This document shows, one piece after another, positions 28,335 through 38,231 of a stretch of 64,000 bases of DNA. The first letter of the stretch is position 1. The number at the start of each line of letters is the position of its first letter. The stretch is from Thermoproteota archaeon. Lineage in GTDB: Archaea > Thermoproteota > Thermoprotei_A > Sulfolobales > Ignisphaeraceae. The translations under genes were made by a program, and so were the position numbers. The DNA is taken from NCBI GenBank assembly GCA_030550585.1, contig JAUQPB010000001.1, positions 512,001 to 576,000 of the forward strand. Reading direction: 5' to 3'. A model generated the notes under the pieces. The model had not been told where the DNA came from, ran no database searches, and was given only the letters and a program-made list of their open reading frames with translations.

Positions 28335-31300
28335 ATGAGTAGAGCTTTGGCATTGGGTATCAAGTTGCTGAGGATAGAGTATAGAAACGGACTTAACGAA
28401 ACGTGTAGATCTCTGAGTGAGAGAGATGGAGTTGTAGCTATATGTGGGAGAGATAGCAATGTTTCTTCCCAATTCAACGATCTTAAAAATGTTATGGAGA
28501 AGGAGATTGAATTCTTTAAGGAGTTCTTCAAGCAGTGCACAAAGTATGAAATGAGGTCATTTCAGGAGTACTGGAGCAAGAGGCTTCTATTTGGAGAATC
28601 CTTTGCGCTTGTAGCTCCTACAGGTGTTGGCAAATCAACTCTCTTAACTGTTTACGCCCTTTACAAGGCGTTGATGTACAATAGCAAAGTTTATATAGTT
28701 GCCCCAACGAGGGAAATAGCCAAGCAACTGTATAGAAAGATATTGGACTACATCAATAACCTTGATGAGCAAGGGTATAGCGCCAACAAAATAAGGCTAG
28801 TGCTATACGACTCAACAGCTAAAAACGTTAGCGCATTGAAGAACTCTATAATCAGCGGTGACTTCGATATACTCATAACCTCTGCAGCATTTCTTTCTAG
28901 GCACCACGAACTTATAATGGACAAGAAGATCGATGTTATTATAGCTGACGATCTAGACTCTATACTAAGAAACTCTAAAAGTGTTGACAGAATTCTTCGT
29001 CTTCTCGGATTCAACGATGAAGTAATAGAAATTGGGCTGAGGCTAGTCAAAACTAAGCAGAAGATGCTTGTAGCAAAGCTTTCTAAAAATCAGGAGGAGG
29101 CTGATAAGATTCGAAGGGATTTAGTAGAGATAGAAGCACAGCTTAGAGATAGGCTATCTAAAATCACAACCCAACTAATAGTTGCGTCAGCTACTGGAAG
29201 GTCCAGAGGGATAAAGGCTATTTTGTTAAAGGAGTTGCTAGGATTTGATGCAGGGGCTGTTTTTGAGTATCTGAGAAATGTTGATGACTTTTACATTGGT
29301 CTAGACAAAATTGAAGAGATTGTAAACATTATTAAGGTTTTTGGAAGTGGCATAATCTTCGTATCTAGCTTATACAAAAACATTGTAGATGAGATATCTA
29401 CGCTTTTAGAGAGAAATGGTATTGCATTTTCTATTGCGAAGAGCGGAAACAGAGCAGTAGACAAGTTTAGGAGAGGTGAAGTCGATGTTCTAATAGGTTC
29501 GTCGTCGTATTACGGAATACTTGTAAGAGGTCTTGACGAACCCCAGAGAATTAGATTTGCAATATTCATTGGCGTTCCACACACCATAAGAAGATTGGAG
29601 GAGGCGTTAAATAATGTGAGATTCATGTTTATACTACTCAAAGCTTTAAACAAATATGGATTAGGTGTAGAGGAGGATATTAAAAAAGTTGTAGAGATAA
29701 TCCAAGGATCTTCACCTGCTCAGCTAATTCTCTACTCAAAAATGTTAAAAGGTGTAGTAGAGCCTCAGCAAGATATTGTTGAAAGAATAAATACTTTGAG
29801 AGAGCTGAAGAAAAAACTTATCTTGTTAACAAAGGACGCTCTCGATAAACATAACTATATAGTGATAGAGAATTACGGAGTTGTTGTTCGTGATGACAAT
29901 AACCAGGTCTATGTTGTTAAGCCAGATCCCTTCACCTATATCCAGGCAAGTGGTAGAACCTCTAGGATAGTTGGGAAGACCAAGTGCTATGGCGTATCAA
30001 TTGTTTTCGAAAAATACGATGAGCTTATCAAAATTCTTGAGAAGAGGCTCAAGAAGCTCACTGTGTTTAATGGGTTTAGAGAGTATAGTAGAGAGGCTTT
30101 ACGCGAATCATATGAAAAGGTTATTCAAAGCAGAAGTGGGGATAGTCGGGATGTAGAAGGGATACAAGTTGAGAATATAAAGCCTGTTCTAATAGTTGTT
30201 GAGTCTCCAACAAAGGCAAGAACAATAGCGTCGATGTTTGGCAAGCCTGTCAAGAAGATATACGGCGATGTTATTGTCTATGAGACTGTGATTCCTATGG
30301 AGGACAAGGTATATGTGGCAATGATCATGGCAACGCTAGGCCATCTAACAGATCTTGTGGTTGATGAGGGGTTTCATGGTGTTAAGGAGATAGGGTCTAA
30401 AGACTATGCAGTCATATACGACTTTATAACAAAGTGTAGGAGTTGTGGCTCTCAACATGTGGGGATCTTTGATTCATGTCCTTATTGCGGCTCTATGGAT
30501 GTTTATACATCAGCTTCTGTATACAGTGTTTTAAGGAAGCTTGCATCAGAAGTTAGCTTAGTTTTCATAGCAACTGATCCTGATACAGAAGGCGAGAAAA
30601 TAGCATTTGACATCTACAATCTCATCTATAGTTATAACAAGAATGTGTATAGAATAGAATTTAGAGAGGTTACAAAAAACGCAATACTTACAGCTCTTCG
30701 AAACCCAAGAGAAATAGATTTGAATAGGGTTCTAGCCCAAATCACTAGGAGAGTAGCTGATAGGTGGATTGGATTCGAGATTAGCATGTATCTTCAGACA
30801 GTATTCGATAAGCCGTGGCTTGGCGCTGGCAGGGTTCAATCACCTGTGCTTCTATGGACAGTCAGCAGATATAATGAGCATAAAGCGAATCAAGGCTATT
30901 CCATCAATGTGTCAGCTCTTGACTATGGATTCAAGGTGTTTTTAGGGCCTATAACTAGGTCCGAGGCAGAGGAAATTGCTGAGAAAATTCGTAGAAATGG
31001 TATTAGGGTTATCGATGTAAAGTACGAAGAGAAGGTGTTGAACCCTCAACCACCATTCACGACAGATACCCTGCTAGCCGAAGCAAATAGATTATATGGT
31101 TTCTCGGCATCGAAGACTATGACCCTTGCCCAAAACCTATTTGAGCTAGGTCTGATAACATATCACAGAACAGATTCTACAAGAGTCTCGGCAACAGGTA
31201 TTGCAATAGCTAAAGAAGCGCTAGAGAAACTGAAACTGGGTAATCTGTATACCCCCAGATCATGGGACAGAGATATAAAGGGTGAGGATGCTCATGAAGC

Positions 31301-32006
31301 CATAAGGCCTACAACATCGCAAAGTGCAGATGAAGTTGTAGAGGCCATTCTTCGTGGTGATATGGGTTTCATAACGAGAATCTCAAATGATCATCTGAAG
31401 TTGTATGACCTTATATACAGAAGATTCTTGGCAAGTCAAATGGCCCCTGCCAAGGTCTTGTACGCCACAATTGTTCTCGATCTAGATGGACGTAAATACA
31501 GCTTGTCTCTGCCTGTAGATATAATTGATCATGGGTTTACATATGTTTACCCAATTAAAATATACAAACAATTCAAGAATCTTAGTCAAGGCGCTATAGT
31601 GAGAATCGATGATGTTAAAGTTATGAAATCGTCTAGTGTATGGCTATACAGAGTCTCTGATCTAATAACAATGATGAAGAACCATGGGATCGGCAGACCA
31701 AGCACATATGCCAAGGCTATCGACAACAATGTGAGGCATGGTTATATTGTTCTAAGCAAGAAAAAGAAAGTTGCCATACCAACGAAACTGGGCATAGAGG
31801 TTGCTGAGATACTTTCAAAAGAATTTCTAGATCTCGTCGATATCGAGTTTACCAGAACCCTAGAGAAGCTTATTGATGATATTGAAAGGGGTGCTGTAGA
31901 TGTGGGTAGCGCGCTATCTCTCATTAAATCAAAAGTTGATATGATATCACCTAAAATTAGTGGGGTAATAACATCTCAACAAGCTGTATCATTAGCTATT
32001 ATATAG
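28335..32006 (+). CDS. rgy: Reverse gyrase
   Basis: APTGVGKS, DDLD, SAT, RGLD.P, QASGRTSR helicase-like motifs; VESPTKA, DPDTEGE, GRVQSP, ITYHRTDS, HEAIRPT, GIGRPSTY topo IA motifs; start uncertain (28293/28335/28365). Confidence 0.97.
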   Translation: MSRALALGIKLLRIEYRNGLNETCRSLSERDGVVAICGRDSNVSSQFNDLKNVMEKEIEFFKEFFKQCTKYEMRSFQEYWSKRLLFGESFALVAPTGVGKSTLLTVYALYKALMYNSKVYIVAPTREIAKQLYRKILDYINNLDEQGYSANKIRLVLYDSTAKNVSALKNSIISGDFDILITSAAFLSRHHELIMDKKIDVIIADDLDSILRNSKSVDRILRLLGFNDEVIEIGLRLVKTKQKMLVAKLSKNQEEADKIRRDLVEIEAQLRDRLSKITTQLIVASATGRSRGIKAILLKELLGFDAGAVFEYLRNVDDFYIGLDKIEEIVNIIKVFGSGIIFVSSLYKNIVDEISTLLERNGIAFSIAKSGNRAVDKFRRGEVDVLIGSSSYYGILVRGLDEPQRIRFAIFIGVPHTIRRLEEALNNVRFMFILLKALNKYGLGVEEDIKKVVEIIQGSSPAQLILYSKMLKGVVEPQQDIVERINTLRELKKKLILLTKDALDKHNYIVIENYGVVVRDDNNQVYVVKPDPFTYIQASGRTSRIVGKTKCYGVSIVFEKYDELIKILEKRLKKLTVFNGFREYSREALRESYEKVIQSRSGDSRDVEGIQVENIKPVLIVVESPTKARTIASMFGKPVKKIYGDVIVYETVIPMEDKVYVAMIMATLGHLTDLVVDEGFHGVKEIGSKDYAVIYDFITKCRSCGSQHVGIFDSCPYCGSMDVYTSASVYSVLRKLASEVSLVFIATDPDTEGEKIAFDIYNLIYSYNKNVYRIEFREVTKNAILTALRNPREIDLNRVLAQITRRVADRWIGFEISMYLQTVFDKPWLGAGRVQSPVLLWTVSRYNEHKANQGYSINVSALDYGFKVFLGPITRSEAEEIAEKIRRNGIRVIDVKYEEKVLNPQPPFTTDTLLAEANRLYGFSASKTMTLAQNLFELGLITYHRTDSTRVSATGIAIAKEALEKLKLGNLYTPRSWDRDIKGEDAHEAIRPTTSQSADEVVEAILRGDMGFITRISNDHLKLYDLIYRRFLASQMAPAKVLYATIVLDLDGRKYSLSLPVDIIDHGFTYVYPIKIYKQFKNLSQGAIVRIDDVKVMKSSSVWLYRVSDLITMMKNHGIGRPSTYAKAIDNNVRHGYIVLSKKKKVAIPTKLGIEVAEILSKEFLDLVDIEFTRTLEKLIDDIERGAVDVGSALSLIKSKVDMISPKISGVITSQQAVSLAII

Positions 32007-32084
32007 CATATACTTCCTTGGTTCTTGGAACACCCACCCAACATAGATCTAGCATATTTTGGAATTGTATTGGATTTGCTAAGG

Positions 32085-32360
32085 CTATTTTCTTCCAATA
32101 GATATCTTTATATATGAGACTCTTCTTCCCCGTACCAACATGCTTCCTATTTCAACATTTTTAAGGACTATCCTATCACCAAGTCTTGCAGCCAATGTGT
32201 TGTATAACGTAACAGCTCTATGGATATGCCTCCCTCTGCCAAGTATCTCAACAGAATCAGCATCTCTATTAAGGCTTATTATAGCTTCTAGCAAATATTC
32301 TCTTAGTGGCCTATTTCCAAGTACAATAGTTTTTATGTTGCCTGATGGCGTTGCACTCAT
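32085..32360 (-). CDS. Alba2 (Sso10b2-like) chromatin protein
   Basis: GNRPLREY, ILGRGRHIHRAV.LYN, VEIGS, RRVSYIKI. Confidence 0.85.
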   Translation of the reverse strand: MSATPSGNIKTIVLGNRPLREYLLEAIISLNRDADSVEILGRGRHIHRAVTLYNTLAARLGDRIVLKNVEIGSMLVRGRRVSYIKISIGRK

Positions 32361-32499
32361 TCTGTGACCCTCCTAGGTAATTGTAATAATGTAAATTGTG
32401 TATAGAAATATAAACTTATGATTTTTATCGTATATGTTATGTTGTTATAGACTTTAAAGCAAGTCTCTAGACATTCTATGTTATGAGAGGTGTAGGGCT

Positions 32500-33081
32500 A
32501 TAGAGAATAGAAATTTTCTCGTACTAACTTGGAACGATATAGTGGCACTTAGCTTAGAGCTATCAGAGAAAATTCTCTTGTCAGGTTTTAGACCAGGTGT
32601 GATAGTAGCCATTCTTAGAGGAGGCTACATAGTGGCAAAGCTTGTCAGCGACTATCTCGGTGTAGAGGATATAGCTACAATGGAAATAAAATTCTATAGA
32701 GGTGTTGGAGAACGAGCAGAAAGACCTATCGTATCAACACCACTTATACGTAGTATAAAAGATGAGAAGGTGCTTATAGTAGATGATGTTTCAGACAGTG
32801 GGAGAACTCTTCAAGTAGCCATAGACATTGCAAGAATTTATGGTGCCAAAGAAGTTAAAACAGCCACCTTATACCTAAAGCCATGGTCTATAACAGTACC
32901 AGACTACTACGTTGCGGAAACGAAAAGTTGGATAGTCTTCCCATGGGAGGTAAGCGAAGTTCTAAGAGAATTAGCAAAGAAGTTTGGAGGCTTTGAAAAT
33001 GCTGTGAATATGCTCAATCTAGAGATGTATTACAGCAAAGAGGTAATAGAAAAGATAGTGAGAATAGCGAGAGCCCTATAG
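32500..33081 (+). CDS. Purine phosphoribosyltransferase (type I PRTase)
   Basis: ILRGG, VLIVDDVSDSGRTL PRPP site, WIVFPWE; ORF track starts at GTG 32542 but conserved-looking FLVLTWNDI lies upstream, probable ATA start 32500. Confidence 0.9.
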   Translation: MENRNFLVLTWNDIVALSLELSEKILLSGFRPGVIVAILRGGYIVAKLVSDYLGVEDIATMEIKFYRGVGERAERPIVSTPLIRSIKDEKVLIVDDVSDSGRTLQVAIDIARIYGAKEVKTATLYLKPWSITVPDYYVAETKSWIVFPWEVSEVLRELAKKFGGFENAVNMLNLEMYYSKEVIEKIVRIARAL

Positions 33082-33127
33082 CAAACATTAAAGCTTAAAG
33101 CCCCTACACACAACAACAAAGATTAGT

Positions 33128-33205
33128 GCCGCGGTAGTATAGCCCGGTCAAGTATGCGGGCCTTTCGAGCCCGTGACCCGGGTTCAAATCCCGGCCGCGG
33201 CACCA
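33128..33205 (+). tRNA. tRNA-Glu(TTC), CCA encoded
   Basis: GCCGCGG acceptor stem, CGGGC-CTTTCGA-GCCCG anticodon arm, GGTTCAAATCC T-arm. Confidence 0.97.
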
Positions 33206-33529
33206 AAAAGCCAAAGCAATCAATTATAACAATCATTTCCTAGTCTAAACATTAAAGTAGGGTAGGAGATTTGCTATCATCATCTATTTAGATAAGGTTG
33301 TACACAGCCTTCGGCAGTCAGCGTTTCAAAAACCGTCGATAACCGATAGCTGTTGAATCAAGTGTAAATGTTTGCTGAGGGGTATGAGATATGACAATCG
33401 TCGATGCAAGACCTGGATGCGCAATGCTTTGGTTTGTGATGTGATGCTAATAGTTATTTATATCTGCATAATTTTGTATGTATAAGACTTATTTATGTAT
33501 TTAAAGTTATGAATGGATGTGCAATATAG

Positions 33530-33616
33530 ATTGTTTATACAGGCAAACAATTTTGTATAATTTTTTTTAAAACTTTATTTGTTTTTGTATAGGGTATACA
33601 CGAAAAGCCTTTATTC
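33530..33616 (+). promoter_or_regulatory. Putative hydrogenase-operon promoter with two inverted repeats upstream of BRE/TATA
   Basis: ATTGTTT-N8-AAACAAT 33530-51; TGTATA-N3-TATACA 33586-600; GAAAAG-CC-TTTATT immediately after. Confidence 0.5.
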
Positions 33617-33659
33617 TGCGCTTATCTCACTCAGCTTAGGGCATTTATCGGGAAATAAT

Positions 33660-34100
33660 ATGGATAATGCTAAGCTAGTGAGATATTCACCATGGGTTGT
33701 ACACTTCAATACTGGTGCATGCAATGGTTGTGACATAGAGGTTCTTGCGTCTATAAACCCTCTTTATGATCCTGAGAGGTTTGGGATAAAGCTTGCACCT
33801 AGTATTAGGCATGGAGATATTTTGATTGTTACAGGTGCTGTTACTAAGAAGTCTGGTGAAAGACTCAAGCGACTGTATGAGCAGATGCCCTGTCCAAAGC
33901 TTGTTGTTGCTGTTGGAGCATGTGCTATCGATGGCGGTGTTTTTGCAAATTCTTATAGTGTTATTGGAGGTGCTGATAAGGTTGTTCCTGTGAACATGTA
34001 TATTCCTGGCTGCCCCCCAAGACCTGAGGCAATTCTTGATGGCATTGTCAAGCTTCTTAAACTTATTGAGAAGGGTGAGGCTAGTGGAGAGTGTAAATGA
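33660..34100 (+). CDS. Group 4 [NiFe] hydrogenase small subunit (MbhJ/NuoB-like)
   Basis: GACNGCDIE, VGACAIDGG, IPGCPPRP; ATG 33660 preferred over TTG 33579. Confidence 0.93.
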   Translation: MDNAKLVRYSPWVVHFNTGACNGCDIEVLASINPLYDPERFGIKLAPSIRHGDILIVTGAVTKKSGERLKRLYEQMPCPKLVVAVGACAIDGGVFANSYSVIGGADKVVPVNMYIPGCPPRPEAILDGIVKLLKLIEKGEASGECK

Positions 34101-34539
34101 TGTTATAAAGATTGTTGAGAGATATGCTGTTGAGAAAGGCTCTATCAAACCTGATCGAATGCTTTTTGTTGTAAAGCCCGAAAGCGTGAGAAAGCTGTTT
34201 GAGGAGCTTGTTGATAAGGTTGGCTATGAACGGTTTTATCTGTCAACTGTTGTTGGGTCTGATATGAAAGAAGAGAATAGGTTTAGACTGGATTACTATG
34301 TTGTTATATTGCCAGAGGAGAGAACGATTGTCATAAGAACGTATATACCAAGAGATCAGCCGGTTATTGATAGCATCGTAGATGTTGTTCCAGCAGCTTT
34401 ATCAGCTGAGAATGAAACATATGACCTGCTTGGAATTGTATTCAAGGGTAATCCAGCTCTTAGAAGAGGATTTTTTGTATCTAGCGATGTTGTGGATAAG
34501 GGGGTGTATCCACTTAGAAAAGATGCTGCAGGTGTCTAG
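34084..34539 (+). CDS. Hydrogenase subunit MbhK/NuoC-like
   Basis: ENETYDLLGIVFKGNP..RR, YPLRKD. Confidence 0.9.
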   Translation: MESVNDVIKIVERYAVEKGSIKPDRMLFVVKPESVRKLFEELVDKVGYERFYLSTVVGSDMKEENRFRLDYYVVILPEERTIVIRTYIPRDQPVIDSIVDVVPAALSAENETYDLLGIVFKGNPALRRGFFVSSDVVDKGVYPLRKDAAGV

Positions 34540-34541
34540 AG

Positions 34542-35738
34542 ATGGCAGTTACAAAAATAGTGGAGGTTCCAATATCAGCAGAGGTTCCTATAGGTCCTCA
34601 GCATCCAGCGTTACATGAGCCACTGTTGCTAAGGGTCTATGCCGATGGCGAAGAGGTTGTCAGGGTAGAGATAAACACTGGGTATAACCACAGAGGTATT
34701 GAGAAGCTCTGTGAGAAGAACACTTTCTACAAAGATATATTTATTGTTGGTAGAGTGTGTGGAATATGCAATGCGGTTCACGCTAACTGCTATGTTAGAG
34801 CAGTCGAACAAATACTTGGAATAGAGCCGAACAACAGAGCTAAATATCTTCGTGTTCTTTCCATGGAGCTAGAGAGAATACATAGCCACATGCTGATAAA
34901 CGCTGTAATGGCTGAAAACATAGGCTTTGAAAATCTGTTCATGCAGATAATGTTAGATAGGGAAATGGTTATGAAGGCAAAGGAAATACTGACTGGCTCT
35001 AGGGTGATGGCAGATTTCATGATGGTTGGTGGGGTTCGCCGTGATATAGATGATGTGAAGAGGGCTAGGTTAAAGGATATTTTGCTCAAGTTGAGACCAA
35101 AGGTAGAGTACTACAAAAAGGTTTTTGAGGAGGACGAAACGATTTTCAAAAGACTTGCAGGAGTTGGGGTAGTCAAACGTAGAGATGCGCTTGCACACGG
35201 ACTTTTAGGACCTGTTGCGAGGGCCTCGGGAATTAGGATAGATAGCAGGGCTAGCGACAAGTATGATGCCTATGGCGATATACCGTTTAAGGTTATTACA
35301 AGAGACGAGGGGGATACATGGGCTAGAATGATGGTTAGATGGGATGAAACACTCGAATCAATTGAAATGAGCATCTATATTCTGGATAAACTACCCTCCG
35401 ATGGCAATCCAGTGCCTGACGAGAGAAAGTTGCCACGTAGATTCCCTCCAGGAGAGGCCTTCACAAGGGTAGAGGCTCCAAGAGGCGAATTGACATACTA
35501 TGTTATGAGCGATGGAAAGAGTCTTAACCCATACAGAGTTAAGATCAGGACACCAAGTTTCAACAACATCATAAACTCTACATTCATGTATCTAAAGCAC
35601 ACCATAGCAGATGTCCCAGTAATACTCACTTCGCTAGATCCCTGCATATCGTGTATGGAGAGGGCAACAGTAATTGATTTGGAAAAGGGCGTGAAATACA
35701 CAGTTCCATTCAAAGTACTTGCAGGTGGAAAGCCATGA
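34542..35738 (+). CDS. Group 4 [NiFe] hydrogenase large subunit (MbhL-like)
   Basis: GPQHP, GYNHRGIE, RVCGIC (L1), EAPRGE, RTPS, DPCISCMER (L2) plus C-terminal extension. Confidence 0.94.
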   Translation: MAVTKIVEVPISAEVPIGPQHPALHEPLLLRVYADGEEVVRVEINTGYNHRGIEKLCEKNTFYKDIFIVGRVCGICNAVHANCYVRAVEQILGIEPNNRAKYLRVLSMELERIHSHMLINAVMAENIGFENLFMQIMLDREMVMKAKEILTGSRVMADFMMVGGVRRDIDDVKRARLKDILLKLRPKVEYYKKVFEEDETIFKRLAGVGVVKRRDALAHGLLGPVARASGIRIDSRASDKYDAYGDIPFKVITRDEGDTWARMMVRWDETLESIEMSIYILDKLPSDGNPVPDERKLPRRFPPGEAFTRVEAPRGELTYYVMSDGKSLNPYRVKIRTPSFNNIINSTFMYLKHTIADVPVILTSLDPCISCMERATVIDLEKGVKYTVPFKVLAGGKP

Positions 35739-36130
35739 GAAGACCAAGATTATTGGAACTCACTCTGAAGAACCTATTCAGAAAGCCTGCAACCATAGAA
35801 TACCCACGTAAGAAAACGCCTGTTGAATCTGACTATAGGGGGTTACAATATGCGGATCTAACAAAGTGTACAGGGTGCTCTATATGTGCATTGGAGTGTC
35901 CTGCGAATGCAATTGCTATGACCCCTATACCACAAGGTTATGAAGCTCCGAAAACAAATCCGCGTAGACTTTATCCACTTATAAACTATGGAAAATGTGT
36001 TTTTTGTTATAGATGTGTAACAGTATGCCCATTTAACGCTTATATTACTACGCCCAAGTATGATCTTGCAAACGCTGAAAAAACTATTAATTCGAGCCCT
36101 CTTTCGTTAAGCACACTTAGGAAGGGTTAG
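35735..36130 (+). CDS. 2[4Fe-4S] ferredoxin-like subunit (MbhN/NuoI-like)
   Basis: CTGCSICALECP and CVFCYRCVTVCP. Confidence 0.93.
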   Translation: MRRPRLLELTLKNLFRKPATIEYPRKKTPVESDYRGLQYADLTKCTGCSICALECPANAIAMTPIPQGYEAPKTNPRRLYPLINYGKCVFCYRCVTVCPFNAYITTPKYDLANAEKTINSSPLSLSTLRKG

Positions 36131-36135
36131 CGCAG

Positions 36136-36405
36136 ATGATAGCAGAAATAATATTGGCGGTAATAATCATCTACATTATATCCATAATTTTGCTAGTCAT
36201 TAAAGCCATTAAGGGTCCTACTATTGGAGACCAGGTGCTTGCCATAGATGTAATCACATATATTACCGTAGTTCTCTTTGTGCTAACATCGATATATATG
36301 AAGGCGGCTCTTCTGATAGTAATTGCTATACCCCTTGCTCTGTGGATCTACGCTCTCGATATTTATATTGCAAAATATTTGGAGGAGGGTGATCTGGGTG
36401 CTTAG
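36136..36405 (+). CDS. Mrp antiporter subunit F-like (MbhB)
   Basis: GPTIGDQVLAID motif, three TM helices, IAKYLE end. Confidence 0.88.
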   Translation: MIAEIILAVIIIYIISIILLVIKAIKGPTIGDQVLAIDVITYITVVLFVLTSIYMKAALLIVIAIPLALWIYALDIYIAKYLEEGDLGA

Positions 36406-36769
36406 CATAGAAGCTGTTTTAAGGGGTGTTGGCGCAGCTCTTCTATGTCTTGGAGCCTTTGCTGGTTTGGTATCAGCAATAGGATTCTATAGGTTCAAGA
36501 ACTTTTATTTGAGATTGCATGCAGCGACGGTGGGTACGATATGGGGCTGTGTCTTCCCATTGATTGGCGCATCATTAATATCTGTGACTATGGATGAGCT
36601 TGGAGAGGTTAAGTGGTTCGCTGCAGGTGCAAGCATCGTTACAGCAGCTATAGTATTTCTGCTAGCACCAGCAGGTTCACACGCACTTGCCAGGGCTGTT
36701 CATAGGGCCCATGTGGCAAGGGTACAGCCATGTATATCAGATGCTCTTGATCCAAATCTTTGTGGGTGA
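36398..36769 (+). CDS. Mrp antiporter subunit G-like (MbhC)
   Basis: G..RF.NFYLRLHAAT, PAGSHALARA; GTG 36398 overlaps upstream stop. Confidence 0.9.
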   Translation: MLSIEAVLRGVGAALLCLGAFAGLVSAIGFYRFKNFYLRLHAATVGTIWGCVFPLIGASLISVTMDELGEVKWFAAGASIVTAAIVFLLAPAGSHALARAVHRAHVARVQPCISDALDPNLCG

Positions 36770-37038
36770 TGTGGAGAATGATTGCTGAAACAATAATATA
36801 TCTGATAATGGCTTGCACAAGCATAGCATCAACAATAGCTGTGTACTTGACTATAAAGGAGAAGGATCTCGTCAAAGCAGTTATATACTCAGCTCTTCAA
36901 AGTGCGCTTTACACAATAATATACTTCCTGCTCCTCACTCCTGACGTGGTTCTGGTATACCTACCTGTAGCTGTTGGTCTAATACCAGGGGTTTTTCTGA
37001 TACTAATCAGCAAAACTGAGAGGTGGGAAAAAGAATGA
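36769..37038 (+). CDS. MbhD / DUF4040-like membrane subunit
   Basis: EKDLVKAVI.S, LL.PDV, AVG motifs; three TM helices. Confidence 0.82.
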   Translation: MWRMIAETIIYLIMACTSIASTIAVYLTIKEKDLVKAVIYSALQSALYTIIYFLLLTPDVVLVYLPVAVGLIPGVFLILISKTERWEKE

Positions 37039-37814
37039 GGGCAGTCGAGATAGTTGTACTCATATCCATAATACTTGGCTTCGCACTTCTACTGACATTG
37101 GGTTATCAATATCTTGTGCCAGCAGATGATATAAGGGCTTTAGCCAAGTTCTATTTGCTAACAACATATTTCAATCCAAATTACACATATACAGCAGGCG
37201 CAACAGAAAGCGTTACAGCTATTGTATGGGACTACAGAGGGCTCGATACATTGTTTGAGACAACGGTATTCTACATAGCCTTGGCCGGCTGTCTCATTCT
37301 CGCTCGAGGGCTCTATAAAGAAGAGAAAGAAGCGTCAAAACCTGGTTCTGGTCTGTCTGTCATCGTTAGAAGTGTAACCAAGATTACAGCACCCATGATA
37401 ATAGCAGTAGGTGTTTCAATTGCTTTGCACGGACATCTAACACCAGGCGGAGGATTCCAGGGAGGAGCAACGATGGCCGTTCTACCACTTCTAATAATAG
37501 TGATCTTCTCACTAACACCCCTAATTAAGCGCGGCTTTACACCCTCCAGACTCGCAATAATAAGGGGGCTTGCCTTGACGGGAATAGGGCTAGTCTCCAT
37601 CATACTGGCTGTGATAGGCTTGGTGTTAGGTATCAACGCATATGTGTTTCAGAGTTTGCCAAAGCCTGACGCACCACTTGGTTTCCCATCTGAAGTTGAA
37701 GGAGCTCTGATGGGCGGAATACTATGGTTTTTCAACTTATTTGAATCTATAGCTGTTGTAGCAGCATTTACAATCGCTTTCATCGCAATCCTCCTCATAG
37801 AATCGAAGAGGTGA
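37035..37814 (+). CDS. Mrp antiporter subunit B-like (MbhE+MbhF fusion)
   Basis: VTAIVWDYRGLDTLFE plus HGHLTPGGGFQGG in one chain. Confidence 0.9.
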   Translation: MRAVEIVVLISIILGFALLLTLGYQYLVPADDIRALAKFYLLTTYFNPNYTYTAGATESVTAIVWDYRGLDTLFETTVFYIALAGCLILARGLYKEEKEASKPGSGLSVIVRSVTKITAPMIIAVGVSIALHGHLTPGGGFQGGATMAVLPLLIIVIFSLTPLIKRGFTPSRLAIIRGLALTGIGLVSIILAVIGLVLGINAYVFQSLPKPDAPLGFPSEVEGALMGGILWFFNLFESIAVVAAFTIAFIAILLIESKR

Positions 37815-38224
37815 TGCAAGTGGACATCTCAATAATAAACACCTATCTATTGATGGTAACACTTGTAGCAATGATAGCAAACTTTGTATTGTCTCTTTAT
37901 GGCGTTTTCTTCAAGCCTCATTACATTAAGAAGATCATCGCACTATCTATGCTCTCAGATACTGCAAATACCATTACACTATACATAGGCTATAGAAGAT
38001 GGGTAGATGGGGTTCCTCCAACAATACCTGTAATTACAAATAGAAGCATAGAGGGGATATATGATGTTGTCAGAAGATCTGTTGACCCATTACCTCCAGC
38101 ACTTGTACTAACAGCTGTAGTCATAGGACTTGCAACAACACTGTTTCTGGTATACCTCGGCTATATTTTGTATACTCATTACAAAACATTGGACATGAGG
38201 GAGATAAAACGGCTCAAAGGGTGA
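37811..38224 (+). CDS. Mrp antiporter subunit C-like (MbhG)
   Basis: IKKIIAL, DPLPPALVLTAVVIG, TLD...LKG end. Confidence 0.9.
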   Translation: MMQVDISIINTYLLMVTLVAMIANFVLSLYGVFFKPHYIKKIIALSMLSDTANTITLYIGYRRWVDGVPPTIPVITNRSIEGIYDVVRRSVDPLPPALVLTAVVIGLATTLFLVYLGYILYTHYKTLDMREIKRLKG

Positions 38225-38231
38225 AGACCAT

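Noticed and set aside
22413-32006. Inteins in aIF5B or reverse gyrase; introns in the tRNAs
   Set aside because: Protein lengths are normal with no C...HN intein ends; all three tRNAs fold without inserts
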